Below, piece by piece: positions 11,085-22,709 of a stretch of 64,000 nt of DNA. The translations under genes were made by a program, and so were the position numbers. The stretch comes from Chiloscyllium plagiosum. Taxonomy: Eukaryota. The stretch is taken from positions 77,198,795 to 77,262,794 of the forward strand of contig NC_057711.1 in assembly GCF_004010195.1 (NCBI RefSeq), in the 5' to 3' direction. Below the pieces are notes generated by a model. It did not search any database. It saw only the letters and a program-made list of their open reading frames with translations, and had not been told where the DNA came from. Position 1 is the first letter of the stretch, and each line of letters opens with the position of its first letter.

Positions 11085-12710
11085 GAGAGTAGGCCACACT
11101 GGGTGTAGTGAATGTGATAGACCAGAATGGAAGTGGTACAGGTGAAATGCTGCATCACCTGGAAGGACAGCTTAGGCCCTTGGATGGTGAGCAGTGAAGA
11201 AGTGAAGGGGCAGGTATTGCACCTTCAGTAGTTACATGAGAAGATGCTGTGGGAAGGGGGGTGGTATTGGTGGTCATCAATCAATGAACTAAGGTGTCCC
11301 AGGGGAACAGTCCCTGCAGACGGGAAAGTGAGGGGAAGATATGTTTCGTGGTGGCTATCTGCTGGAATTGTCTGAAATGGCGGAGGTCGATCCTTTGAAA
11401 GTGGAGGCTGGTGGGATGAAAAGTAAGGACAAGGGGGACCCGATCATGCTGTTGAGAATGATGGCAAGGGGCAACGGCAGAAGCACAGGTGACAGGTCAG
11501 ATGCAGTTGAGGACCCTGTCAACCACAGTGGGTGGGAAACCACAGTTATGGAAAAAGGAAGCCATGTCAGCAATGGTTTTTTGCAAGGTGGCATCATCCA
11601 AACAGAAATCACACAGGCGAAGAAACTGGGAGAATTGGGTGGAATCCTTACATGACATGGGGTGTGACGAGCTGTATTGAAAGTAGCTAAGGCGGTCAGT
11701 AGCTTTGTAGCAGTGGCAGTGGACAGTTTATTCCTCAAAATGGAGATGGAGGTGTCAAGGAAAGGAAGGGAAGTGTCGGAGATGGACCACGTGAAACTTA
11801 TAGAAGGGTGGAAATTGGAGGCAAAATTAACAAATTTTCTAAGATACAGGTGGGAGCATGACATCGCACCAAAACAGTCGATGTACAGAAAAGAAAGAAA
11901 AAGTGTTGTGGGAGGAGGCATGTAGGGCTGGAACCAAATACCCCACTAAAAAAGCTGGCATAACTGGGACCTATGCAGGTGCCAGTTAAAAGAGAAGGCT
12001 GCCAACATCAAAGACCCACCCCACCCCAGCATTACTCTCTTCGAACCTCTTCCATCCGGCAGAAGACAGAGCAGCTTGAACACATATCAACAGGTTCAAG
12101 AACAGCTTCTTCCCTGCTGTTATTAGACAGCTCAGATTTCAAATTAGAGAAATTAGACATTAACGTTGACCTTGATTTTGTGCACCTCCTGTGCCTCATA
12201 ACCTTGAAAGGCTCACTGTAAGCACCCCATGATCTATATGTCCTTGTTTGTTATAATCTGCCTGTACTGCTCACAAAATAAAACTTGTCACTGTACTTCA
12301 GGTTCATGCGACAATAATAAAATCAAAAATAAATTGTTCAGTGGGAGAACAAGTTCAGCCAAGCAGAAGAGCATGGTGGTGGAAGAAGATTGTTCAGATC
12401 TCTAGTCAAGGAAGAAGCAGAGAGTTCTCAGTTCTCCTGGTGGGGAATGGAGGTCTAGAAGGATTGAACACCCATGGGTGAACAGGAGGCAGTTAGGGCC
12501 AGGGAACTAGAAGTTGTCAATATGGTGGAGGGAATCAGAGGAATCGCAGTTATAGGTGGGCAGAGTCTGGACAAGTGGAGAGGGGATGGAGTCAAGATAG
12601 GAGGAAATGAGCTAAGTGGGATAGGAACAGGCTGATACTATGGTACTACAGGGACAGTCTGGTTTGTGGATTTTGGGAAGGAGGTAGGAACAGGTTGTCT
12701 GGGGTTCCAG
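11085..12710 (-). mobile_element. Penelope-like element RT and start of GIY-YIG, decayed, interrupted at about 11985-12330
   Basis: Minus strand YLLPKIHKPDCP..PIVSACSYPT (about 12700-12615), YIDCFG and NFHPSISFTWSISDTSLPFLDTSISI (ORF 11355-11921), HFTCTTSILVYHIHYTQCGLL (about 11150-11087). Confidence 0.88.
11990..12330 (+). mobile_element. Rex1/Babar-like LINE 3' end inserted in the Penelope copy
   Basis: cttccatccggcagaaga (LPSGRR), aggttcaagaacagcttcttccctgctgtt (RFKNSFFPAV); tail tcactgtac...gacaataataaaatc. Confidence 0.75.
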
Positions 12711-12769
12711 CAAATCTCTGGTCTCTGAATTACTAGCATATTATCACTGTGCCACCATCTCCAACTTAG

Positions 12770-13110
12770 TGACATTTATATAATGCCATTTAGGTCTTCA
12801 AAATATTTCACGATGCTTAATAGCCAATAGATTACTTCCTTAAGTTTAAATATCTGTTAAGTAGACAAACATTGCAGCAATTATTCACACAGCGAAGTCT
12901 CACAAACCATAGTAATCTGCCAGTGCTTTTTGTGTTAGGATATTATTTATCCTCCATATCAGGCAAGTGAATCCTTAGGTTAACATCTTATCTAAAACAG
13001 CATCATCCTTACTACTGCATTAAAGCTCCAGCCTAAGTTATGTTACCTGTGTTATAGCGGATAAACACTCCATTGGGGAAGTAATGTAATGATCCATTGA
13101 ACTTCCAACT
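12770..13110 (-). mobile_element. Deu-domain SINE (SacSINE1-like), decayed
   Basis: Reverse-orientation similarity to the copy at 60878-61230 (tactactgcattaaagctccagcctaagttatg; tail catttatataatgcc). Confidence 0.5.
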
Positions 13111-13767
13111 GACTGGAATTTTTCCTCTACTTGTAACAAACAAGGTAGGGAGAGACCCTGCAGTGTAACTGTTCAGGATATGTTGTTCCACCTGGTATTC
13201 AATTAATATCCACTTTTCACTTTCTTCTACTTCAGGATTTCAAAATAACCAATGTGATCAAATCTTGGAGGTGAGTTTAAACCATCAATCTAATGACAGA
13301 ATCCTAAATGCCACAAAGCTAAACTGCACAACACTCAGATGAGAAGTATTGAATGGCAATGTTTCAGGTTTAATAATGCTTGGATGGCCATATGAATGCT
13401 TTTGATTATATCTAATTTTGAATTATTTTATACTAAATTTGAATTGGACAAGAATGGCATGCTACTCATACTATACTTTCTGCAGAAACTATGCTCTTCA
13501 ATGACATTCAAACAGTCAGTATGTGCTGATAAATGTAGGTGTAAATTCTCTGGCTTGTTAGTCCCTGGACTGAATTTGACACTGTTTTTTTTGATTAAGT
13601 CCAAAGTTAGAGGGATTTCCACCAAGGTCTAGAGAGATTTTTTGCCATATCTTACAAACTCATCTCATTAATAACCTATCCTGCCCCATGGCATCCATCA
13701 TAACAGAGTTCAGCCCCATCTTACCATTCCCACAACAATTTGCCTCACAGCACATATCCCAAATTTT

Positions 13768-14605
13768 ATAAGAACATAAGAACTAGGAGCAGGAGTAGGC
13801 CATCTGACCCTTCGAGCCTGCTCTGCCACTCAATACGATCATGGCTGATCTTTTCATGGACTCAGATCCACTTACCGCATTCTCACTGTACCCCTTATTT
13901 CCTTTATTGTTTAAAAAAATCTATCTTAGCTTTAAAATGTTTACTGAAGTAGCGTCAACTACTTCACTGGGGAAGGAATTTCATAGATTTTACAACCCTC
14001 TGGGTGAAGAAGTTCTTTCTCAATTTAGTCCTAAATCTGCTCCTTTTAATCTTGAAGATTATGTCCTCTTGTCTGAGTTTTATCTACCAGTGGAAACATC
14101 CTCTTTATTTCTAAATTATCTATTCCCTTCATTAGTTTATACATTTCTATAAAATACCCTTCATTCTTCTGAATTCTAATGAATATAATCCCAGTTTACT
14201 CAGTGTCTCATCATAAACCAACCCCCTCAACTCTGGAATCAACCGAGTGAACCTCCTCTGCACCCCCTCCAGTGCCAGTACATCCTTTCTCAAGTAAGGA
14301 GACCAAAACTGCACACAGTACTCCAGGTATGGCCTCACCAGCACCCTGTACAGCTGCAACATAACATCCCTGCTTTTAAACTCAATCCCTTTAGCAATGA
14401 AGGACAAAATTCCATTTACCTTCATAGTTATTCATTGTACCTGCAGACCAACCTTCTGTGATTCAGGCAAAAGGAAATCTAGGTCCCTTTGTATAGAAGC
14501 ATGCTGCGACATTTCACTATTCAAGTATTAATCCTTTTCACTGCTACTCCTACTGAAATAGATGATTTCACATTTCTCCGGCATCACTTGCACTTCCAAC
14601 ATCTT
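13768..14605 (-). mobile_element. CR1 LINE 3' fragment (second subfamily)
   Basis: ORF 14147-14425 LVRPYLEYCVQFWSPYLRKDVLALEGVQRRFTRLIPELRGL; tail seen on + as taagaacataagaac. Confidence 0.93.
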
Positions 14606-14609
14606 TAAA

Positions 14610-15690
14610 AGACTGTTGCACACCCAGGCAAGCACCATCAGTCCAGAGCTGCCTTTCATGGTTCCTGGTGCCAGATGGACACCATTTATGGGCAGGGGCA
14701 ATCCTGATGAATGAGTTTTGTGGATGTGCGGTTTCTTCTTCCCACCCAACAGTGAAAGCCACAGCATCAGTCCAAGGTGAGCACCTGGGTGAAAGCAGCT
14801 CAGTCACCTTGAGAAATGCACAGCACAGTACAGTACAAAGAAGACAAATGACCTTCTGCACTCCGCCAATGTAAGTATCATCTTTCTGATACCTCACTCT
14901 CATTATCTCCACTACTGTACCACTCTCACTAATGCCTGCAACGTATTCCTTCACTTGCTTTCATCTCCTTTATACCTGCCTCTCTCTCAGACACAAGATG
15001 GGTGGTGGGGTGCCCAACATTCAGTTCTTTATCTCTTATGTGGGCAGCATCCCAACTCTGGCTGTCCAACCATTTCCAAGTCCTGAGAATGGTATCAGAG
15101 GCTGCCCCTGACTTACCATGCCATAACCTCCTGATCAAATACTATCCCTGACATCTGCTGAAAACTGTGACAAGCTTCCTGCCTTTGTCTCAATGTTGAA
15201 TGGGATGGCAAGACAGAAGTAACATGAATCTGGTATCTTCGGTTGAGGGGGAAAAGCACAAAAAAATGCAAGGTGAAGCAAAGCAAGGCAGACATGATGT
15301 GAGGGTCTCAGTAGGCTCAGAGTGAATGAGTTCTATGACAGCAGTAAGCAAATGGTCTGGACACGTAGTCTGGTCCAGTCCATGACTTGCATGCATGACC
15401 CTAAACGCAGTGTCTTTGCTGCAGTATTATAATGAGAATTGCCAATCCAACCCAAGGTGCAGCTTTGAAGTACAGATGTGTGCTGCACGTGGATTGGAGA
15501 TGCATGTTGGGTTCCATGTTGGGTTCCGTTGACATCTAGCATGTTTGGGGAGTTTTGTAAGATGAGGCTGGATATGAATGTGGCAAGTTGGGCCATCAAC
15601 AAGGTCTTGAACAAGCAACAGGGTCTCCCATAATGATCTCACCACAGTCTCCTGCCCACAGACCCCAGATTCCATCATATATGTTTAGTC
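14610..15690 (-). mobile_element. Possible decayed L1/Tx1-like ORF2 C-terminal fragment
   Basis: Compositionally distinct, more GC-rich block with overlapping short minus-strand ORFs (LLMAQLATFISSLIL). Only loosely reminiscent of Tx1; no diagnostic motif seen. Confidence 0.3.
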
Positions 15691-17144
15691 ATACAGGAGT
15701 CTACACTTGAGAAAGTGTAACAATGTAGCAGTGAAAAAACATTTTAACATCAGAAAGACCAAATTTCATATCAGATGTCTGGGCCCTATTTGACCTCTCC
15801 GATTCCTTAAAGTTCTTTGAAGGCCACCAAAAGAGTTTTCCCCAAGTCCCAGTGTGCATACACTCCAAGTAACATCATTAAAATCTCATTACAATGAAAA
15901 ATTGAAACTAGAATCACCTAAAGAGGACATGTAAAAGATGCATTTTATTTACAATTGCCCTTATCATCACAATGGTCATTGTGCGTATAATAAACAAGAG
16001 CTGCCAAATATTTCAGGCCTGGCTGTAATAATTGCAGCATTTTCTGTTTTCCTGCTCTCACCTGAAACTATAACTAACACTGGAGACGAGCCCACAAGGT
16101 GCAATTTGAGCTGTGTTTTGCTGTTCACTTGGCTTCCAAGTCCACTATCATCCTGGGCTCTGCTTCCATTGAGAGAAGTTTGCCATGACTGTGGGAGCTG
16201 TTGCACTGGCAACTTAAATTGTTTTACAAGAGTTTCTAAGAACCAAGAGACCACCCTTGAACTGAAAAGTAGAAACCAAGAAATCTCCTCTCAGAACAAA
16301 CCTTAAAATCTATGCTGCCACTCTCTCTAATAATTCCAATCCTTTTCCGTGCATTCTTATCAGATATTTATCCATTTATTTCATGTTAATGATGAGTCGT
16401 TACCTCCATGGCCTAGAGCTGGTAAAGGATTCCACAATCTTATAGCAATGTGTTTAAGATCCTTCCTCATTGGTTATGTCCCTCTTTTTGCTGCTGTCAT
16501 TCCATATTGTTGCTGGCTCTGCTGCTCCAAACTCCAGACTGAATAGTGGCATCTGCTTCATCCCACTCAGTTCAGACACCATTTCACATGCCTTACACTT
16601 CTCTTTCTTCGTCTCCCTCAAGCTACTACTCCCTATATGACATCCGAACTTCCATTCCACAATAGCCTGGTCATTCTCCTGCCATTTCAAGGGACATTCC
16701 CGTTAAATGCCAGGAATTCCTCCACGAAGTTCAGGATTGCATCCAAATGCCATTGTGAATAGCGACAGCCACAATTCTTGACTGTTCAACCCCTAATTTA
16801 TCTCCACACTTTGGAAGCAATCTGCGTCAATGATCAGACGATGTCACAGAAGGATATGGATAGGGATAATTTAAACATGATGTTTACCATGTAAATAATC
16901 CAGAGACAGACCCCAGGAATATCAATCCCATTTTGGAGAGTGCATGGTTTTTCTAATGCAGCTTGAAGCCTTTGTAGAATTTGGAATTTTTTACCCAGCC
17001 TATCAGCAAAGAAGCTCCGTATTCTCAGAACAGAACTGCACAAGCATTCAATCCCAGATAGAGAAGAGTTTTCAAGGAGTGCTGAGTGAGGAGAACTCTA
17101 TTCCACAAATCATGATCTTTTTTCACCCTTTGCCATCTGAGTGA

Positions 17145-17823
17145 GTGATAGATTTATTGTCACATGTATATTACAGTAAGAATACAATAAAACACAGTGA
17201 AAAACTTTTATTTGCTATAATTTAATAATAAGGATAAAAAATAACAATAAAACAGTTCTAAACCTGCATATCACCAACGCCTGCGCCACCATCCCCCCTC
17301 CACCGCTTGGCCACCTTCTACACCAGACCCAATTAATGTCAACTTCATCAATCCTCAGGCACCATGTTTGCCACTGGGCGATACTCCTCCGCCACTGCCT
17401 GTGCCAGATCAGCCAACATCAGGGTTGTGTTTCTCACCACTGAGCCCACCTTGTCACTGTGATGCCCATTCATCAGCGTCTGCTGCCACCAGCACTGGAC
17501 CCAATAACAACAAAGTCACCGATCCTCAGGCACCATCTTTCGCCACTGGGCCTTTCTTGCTAACGGAAACCTCCACTGACATAGCAGCCAGCAATTCTGA
17601 TGCCAGGGCTTATGCTGCCCCAGAAAAGGAAATGAGGACTCGTCGAGTTCTATACTATACTTTCACCACTGCTGATGCTGTCTGAGCTCAGGACAAGTGG
17701 TAAGTAAAAGGTATAGAGGGGGAAAAAAAAACAAAAACAGAGAGAAAATAAACTAAAAAGGAAAAGAAAGACTGTCGGAATGGCCAAGTTCCGGCCCAGG
17801 ACACCTATTCTAATGCCATCTTG
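17145..17823 (-). mobile_element. Non-autonomous LINE-derived element, about 680 bp
   Basis: Minus strand starts aagatggcattag and ends tttcactgtg...tacatgtgacaataaatc. Internal GC-rich ccact/gccac repeats. Related copies at 25770-26465 and 48665-49090. Confidence 0.6.
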
Positions 17824-17974
17824 TTCAGGCTGTAAATTAATTTTGTGCACTTCAGTTGCCCATAATTTAACAGACACTGTTTTTAAAGTGCAACTTGTGT
17901 TTATTTTACTGTAAGTTATTCAGGATTGTCATTAGTGTTCTTCTTTTGTGGATATCTATTTACAGATATTTTAA

Positions 17975-18480
17975 ATATTTCATGAGATATGGTTATCACT
18001 GGTCAGCATTTACTGTCGATCCCTAATTACAGACAACAGTTAGAGCCAACCATTTATCGGTGTCCGCTGTCACATGTAAACCAGGTAAAGATGATAGCTT
18101 TCCTTCCCGAAAAGTTCATTCATGAATCCAATGGGGTTTTTCTTCAACAATCGATAATGGTCACCACATCAGGCTAGTTTTTAACTCCAGGTTCTTTTTA
18201 TATTCAATTCAAGTTTCACTCTCTGCCCAGAACATTGACCTGGGGTTCGGGATTACTAGTCTAGTGACATTACCATGACACTACACCATCTCTGCAGTGA
18301 AGGTCACCATTGCTCATCTCTCAGACAGAGATGGCTGCTAGTTGATTTAACTGGAGGGTCACCACACCTCGAGAAGGCAGAATCTTCACAGTGACTTCAC
18401 CAAGTACAGGAATTGAACCCAAGCTGTTAGTGGCATTATGCATTGCAAACCACTGATCTAGCCAACTGAGCTAACATACT
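17975..18480 (-). mobile_element. Two adjacent tRNA-derived SINEs
   Basis: Minus-strand heads ttagctcagttggctag...gggttcaattcc (from about 18473) and gtcatggtaatgtcactagactagtaatcc (from about 18280). The latter ends in an L2-like tail. Confidence 0.6.
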
Positions 18481-18946
18481 GTATCTACTTAGCTCACTGC
18501 TGTGGTCAGCCTTTGTGAAAAGCACATTATTACAGTAACTAGACTTCAGAAGAATTTAACTGGCTTTGAAGCCTCTCCTGAAGGTGGGACAGCACTAGCT
18601 AGATGTCAAATTCCTAACAAATATGCTAGGGGAAAAAATGCTCCTTTAAGAACTCTCTTCCACCTGTACAGAAAATTGAAAAATTGCAAAATTTCAGAAA
18701 TTTCAAAATTATGTCATTTAATGATTTGCTTTCAATGTAAGAACACTTAACATCACTCTCAAACCTCATCTGAATCTAGTTGCCAAGAACACTCCCATCA
18801 TTAGAAAATCTAACTAATTTATATGCTACAGTTCAAGAGATGACCAGTTAGCTTTACTTTGTAATTCATCACTCCTGCCTTGATTTGTATACATATAGAT
18901 TTTTTTAAGTTGTAAAAAAAAAGTGTATTTTGCACAATGCTTGTAC

Positions 18947-19051
18947 CTTATAAAGGAAATAAGCATAGGCTAAAGTTGAAACAGCAGAATCCAGATCACA
19001 TTTGTTGTCACCAAGTACAGCATGAACTCTAGGCAGGTCATTTCCATTCAT
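18947..19051 (-). CDS. PRUNE2: PRUNE2-like coding exon (equivalent to exon 2), 105 nt, phase 0/0
   Basis: Minus strand: acceptor tctttattttacag, then MNGNDLPRVHAVLGDNKCDLDSAVSTLAYAYFLYK, then donor AAG|gtacaa. Matches prune motif I (VHVVIGxxSCDLDS...YAYFL). The 35-codon length fits PRUNE2 exon 2 as I recall it. Confidence 0.9.
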
Positions 19052-19384
19052 CTGTAAAATAAAGATAACCATGAACAGCATATAACCAAGTCTAATTTTA
19101 TGTATAAAATATGACATAAGTATATATAAATATGTAACTTTTGCACAAAATGCATTAATTTTAATGTATTGTAGAGTTAACTGAATCAAATAAATATATA
19201 CCAGCTTCCAGGAAAATGAGAAAACTGGAGAGAACAAGCAAATTCAGACTTATGAATAAATGTCACTGTACTTAAGTAATAAACACATACATCAACTTGG
19301 GATATACAAAATAAACTGATCAAAATCTCTAATAATTAGTTCAGCTCATATAATGTGATTGCACAATATTCAGCTTGACACAGC

Positions 19385-19610
19385 TGTACCAGCCAATACA
19401 GCAGACAGCTGAAACTGACAACCGGAAGCGGCAGGGACAGGCCACTATAAATGCCGGAGGAAACACCACAGAAGCACTTCACAGGAGGCTCCCAAGCACT
19501 GAGGATGTCACCTAGACAGGGGACGAAACGTTTGCAACAAAAACTTCCAGCTCGGCGAACAGAACCACAGCAACGAGCACCCGAGCTACAAATCTTCTCA
19601 CAAACTTTGA
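19385..19610 (+). mobile_element. Penelope-like terminal (pseudo-LTR) fragment with TATA-like box and hammerhead
   Basis: CpG-retaining block in AT-rich intron. ctataaat at 19445-19452, hammerhead core at 19499-19532, flanked by a short acagc repeat. Confidence 0.75.
19496..19535 (+). ncRNA. Minimal type I hammerhead ribozyme, intact core
   Basis: GCA-CTGAGGA-T-GTCaCCT-AGAC-AGGgGAC-GAAA-CG-TT/TGC: stem I GCA/TGC, stem II 6 bp with one mismatch, palindromic AAACGTTT in place of helix III. Confidence 0.8.
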
Positions 19611-20974
19611 ACAGCATCAAGCCCAAGTTTCTGCCCATACAGTATGTGATTGAATCCTCCAGTTATATCTATTTCTTTTAAACTGAGCAAGCCAATACTC
19701 TCCATGAAATCTAATACTCAGAGCAAACTCAGTTCCAGAAGTTGGTAGGTGGCAACATGCAATTGTACACCAACAATTGAAGGGACTATTGTCAGGTTTT
19801 CACCATGTTACTCAGGACAGTCCAAGAGTCCCTGAATAGGAGTTCAAAAGGAGAAATGAATATGAGAATTGCAAGACACGGAGAGATTATACCCTTGACA
19901 TTGCATGTATTTTTAGCTCTGCTGTAGAGAAAGTCACTGAACTACACTGGTTTTGTATAGGTGACTCCATGAGATAGCTGCTGGCAAAAAAATGGAGTTG
20001 TGCTGGTGAATAAGGACTAGAGTACAGCTTTAGCAGTCAGAAGAAGTGTAGAGCCAGAAAAAGAAAGACAGGCAGTCAAAAGAGGCACAGTCATTAAAAC
20101 AGTCCATGACAGACAGCTAAAAGTAAATTTCAAGGTCAAATTAGTAAAAGTTCTTTATCTTTCCTAATTCAAATTTGCAAATTGGGAAAAAATGCATATT
20201 TTTGGATTACTTCCTTCATTGTCTACAAATCTCTGGATGAAGTTTAACACGGTGACTTGAACTGGGTCCATTTTTCATATTGGACTGATGCCTTCTAAAC
20301 ATGAAGTTCAAACTAACCGTACTTCCAGATATTGACATGGAAACAGAAGTAAAAAAAAAAATGCAGACTTCGATCCTGGACGATCTGTATCTTGGTCTAT
20401 TACTTACCTTGGTTCCACATCCTAACAAAATAAATCTATTAATCTTGGTTTTGAAGTTTTCGAAATGTGTGTTCATCATTTGAGGTGAGTGTTCAAGATT
20501 TTCAGTGCTCTGTGCGAGAACATGTTTCCTGATGTCACCATGAACAGACTAGCTCTCACTAAGTTATGAACTCTTATTCTGAGTTTCCCTCTATCTATCC
20601 TATTAATCATCGTCATCTCAGTTCAATCACTACTTAATCTTCCATTCTCAAAGGAACACAAACTCAGCTTGTGTAACTAATCCACACAAATGAACCATTT
20701 CATCCCCATCATAATTCCATAAAAAAACTAGGCTTCATTTTACTTTCAATATAATTCAACCTTTTTAGTCCCTATCTCATCCCTAGGATGTAGTGTTGAG
20801 AACTGAACAGAATACTGCACATGTTGGCTAATCACAGCCTTAAACAACTGCAGCATAATTTTCAGTGTTTTTTTTGGGGGGGGAACAACTCAAAGTTTGA
20901 GAGAAGGTTTTGGGGCGGAACAACTCAATTGCCTACATTCACTGAAGGTAAGAGATTACATTGTACAGACATGC

Positions 20975-21340
20975 ATTCCATCCATCACTGACACTCAATA
21001 GCAGCAGTATATTCTACCTACAAGATGCCCTTCAGAAATTCATCAAATATCCTTAGGCAGCACCTTCGAAACTCACCACCACTTCCATCTAAAAGGTTGA
21101 GGACAGCAGATACAGGGATGACCTCTACCAAATCACTCACCATCCTGACTTGGAAATATATCATTGATCCTTCACTGTTACTGGGTCAAAATCTCACAAC
21201 TCCCTCCCTAATGGCCTGTGGGTCTACAAGCTATTGCAGCAGTTCAAGACAGCAGCTCACCACCACCTTCCCAAAGGCAACTAGAGGCAGACAATAAATA
21301 CCAGCCAGTCAGTGATGCCCACATCTCCCGTGTGAATTTT
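20975..21340 (+). mobile_element. L2-like LINE 3' end
   Basis: cagcagctcaccaccaccttcccaaaggcaactagaggcagacaataaataccagccag tail. Homologous to minus copies at 32835-34500 and 53540-55430. Confidence 0.7.
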
Positions 21341-21954
21341 AAAACTCCATGAACAATGAGATGTGTGTGCATCTCCTTCTTTCTTGCAACTTCGCTTCTG
21401 CTAAATGTTAAAAACATGAGAAGAGTAGCATTTAAAACTGTATTTTCAAGCACATCACATATACCAAAAGTAAATGAATCCATATTTGGAAACGAATAGT
21501 GAAAATGAAGGTACCTCCCAGAATACTGTCAGTTCAAAACTGGTGCTGTTGAAGATAATGGTGGGAATTAAGAAACAAGCACCCAATGCCATTAAGCAAA
21601 AGCAGAGAGTTTTAAATTCTACTGAGAGAATCATCACATTAAAGAAAGTTTTTGTTAAGAAAGTTTGTTTGAAGCTAGACCAACGTTACCAACACTTATC
21701 CGCTATGCTTTTAACAAAGGCAACTTGTATACGTATATAGAAATTTTAAAAATAGCTAAGTATTCCTGGAACCTCACCAAGTTTAATCTAACAAACCTTG
21801 ACATTGAACTGGAAAGAGCCCGTTAATGATTTTAAAAACTTGGTCAAAGAGTCAAGAGCATTTTTAATGATGAAAGACAGGAAGATAGATGGAAACATCT
21901 GGTGAGGGAATTCCATAGTCCAAGGCCTAAGGAACAAAAAAAAAGTGTCAGTAA

Positions 21955-22709
21955 ACAAAGAGACCTTGGAGTGCAGGTTCACAGTTCCTTGAAAATAGAG
22001 TCACAGGTAGATAGGATAGTGAAGGTGGCTTTTCGTATGCTTTCCTTTTTTGGTCAGAGCATTGAGTACCAGATATAGTTGGAAGGTCATGTTGTGGCTG
22101 TACAGGACATTGGTGAGGCCACTTTTCAAGGATTGTATGTAATTCTGGTCTCCCTTCTATATTAAAGATGTTGTGAAACTTGAAAGGGTTCAGAACAGAT
22201 TTACAAGGATGGTTCCAGGGTTGGAGGGTTCAAGCTGCAGGGAGAGGCTGAATAGGCTGGGGCTGTTTCCCCAGAACGGAGTCTGAGGGGTGACCTTATA
22301 GAGGTTTATAAAATCATAAGAGGCATGGATGGGATAAATAGACAAAGGTCTCATAAGAGGCATGGATGGGATAAATAGACAAAGGTCTTTTCCCTGGGGT
22401 GGGAGAGTCCAGAACAGGGGCATATGTTTAGGGTGAGAGGGGAAAGACTTAAAGGGACCTAAGGGGCCACTTTTTCACACGAAAAGTGGTGTGCGTACGG
22501 AATGAGCTGTCAGAGGAAGTGATGGAGGCTGGTACAGTTACAATGTTTAAAAAGCATCTGGATGGGTATATGAATAGGAAAAGTTTAGAAAGATATGGCC
22601 AAATGTTGGCAAATGGGACTAGATTAGTTTAGGATATCTGGTTGGCATGGATGAGTTGGGCCAAAAGGGTCTGTCTCCGTGCTGTAAATCTTTATGACTT
22701 TATGACTCT
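21955..22709 (+). mobile_element. CR1 (HER1-like) LINE 3' fragment
   Basis: aacaaagagaccttggagtgcaggttcac ... tail ttatgactttatgactct. Internal tandem duplication of about 37 bp at 22314-22389. Confidence 0.92.

Noticed and set aside
4972..19051. Calling the gene PRUNE1
   Set aside because: VGSCSTL and the exon 4 length are PRUNE1-like, but the 105-nt exon 2, LN.EGKL, DK.LE.AV and EILQE.PEL..EQL.H..RG fit PRUNE2 better. A tree or synteny check is still needed.
20400..20480. ATG-started minus-strand segment ending in AAG|gtaagt as PRUNE2 exon 1
   Set aside because: The peptide (FKTKINRFILL) resembles a decayed CR1 C-terminus and not the PRUNE N-terminus.
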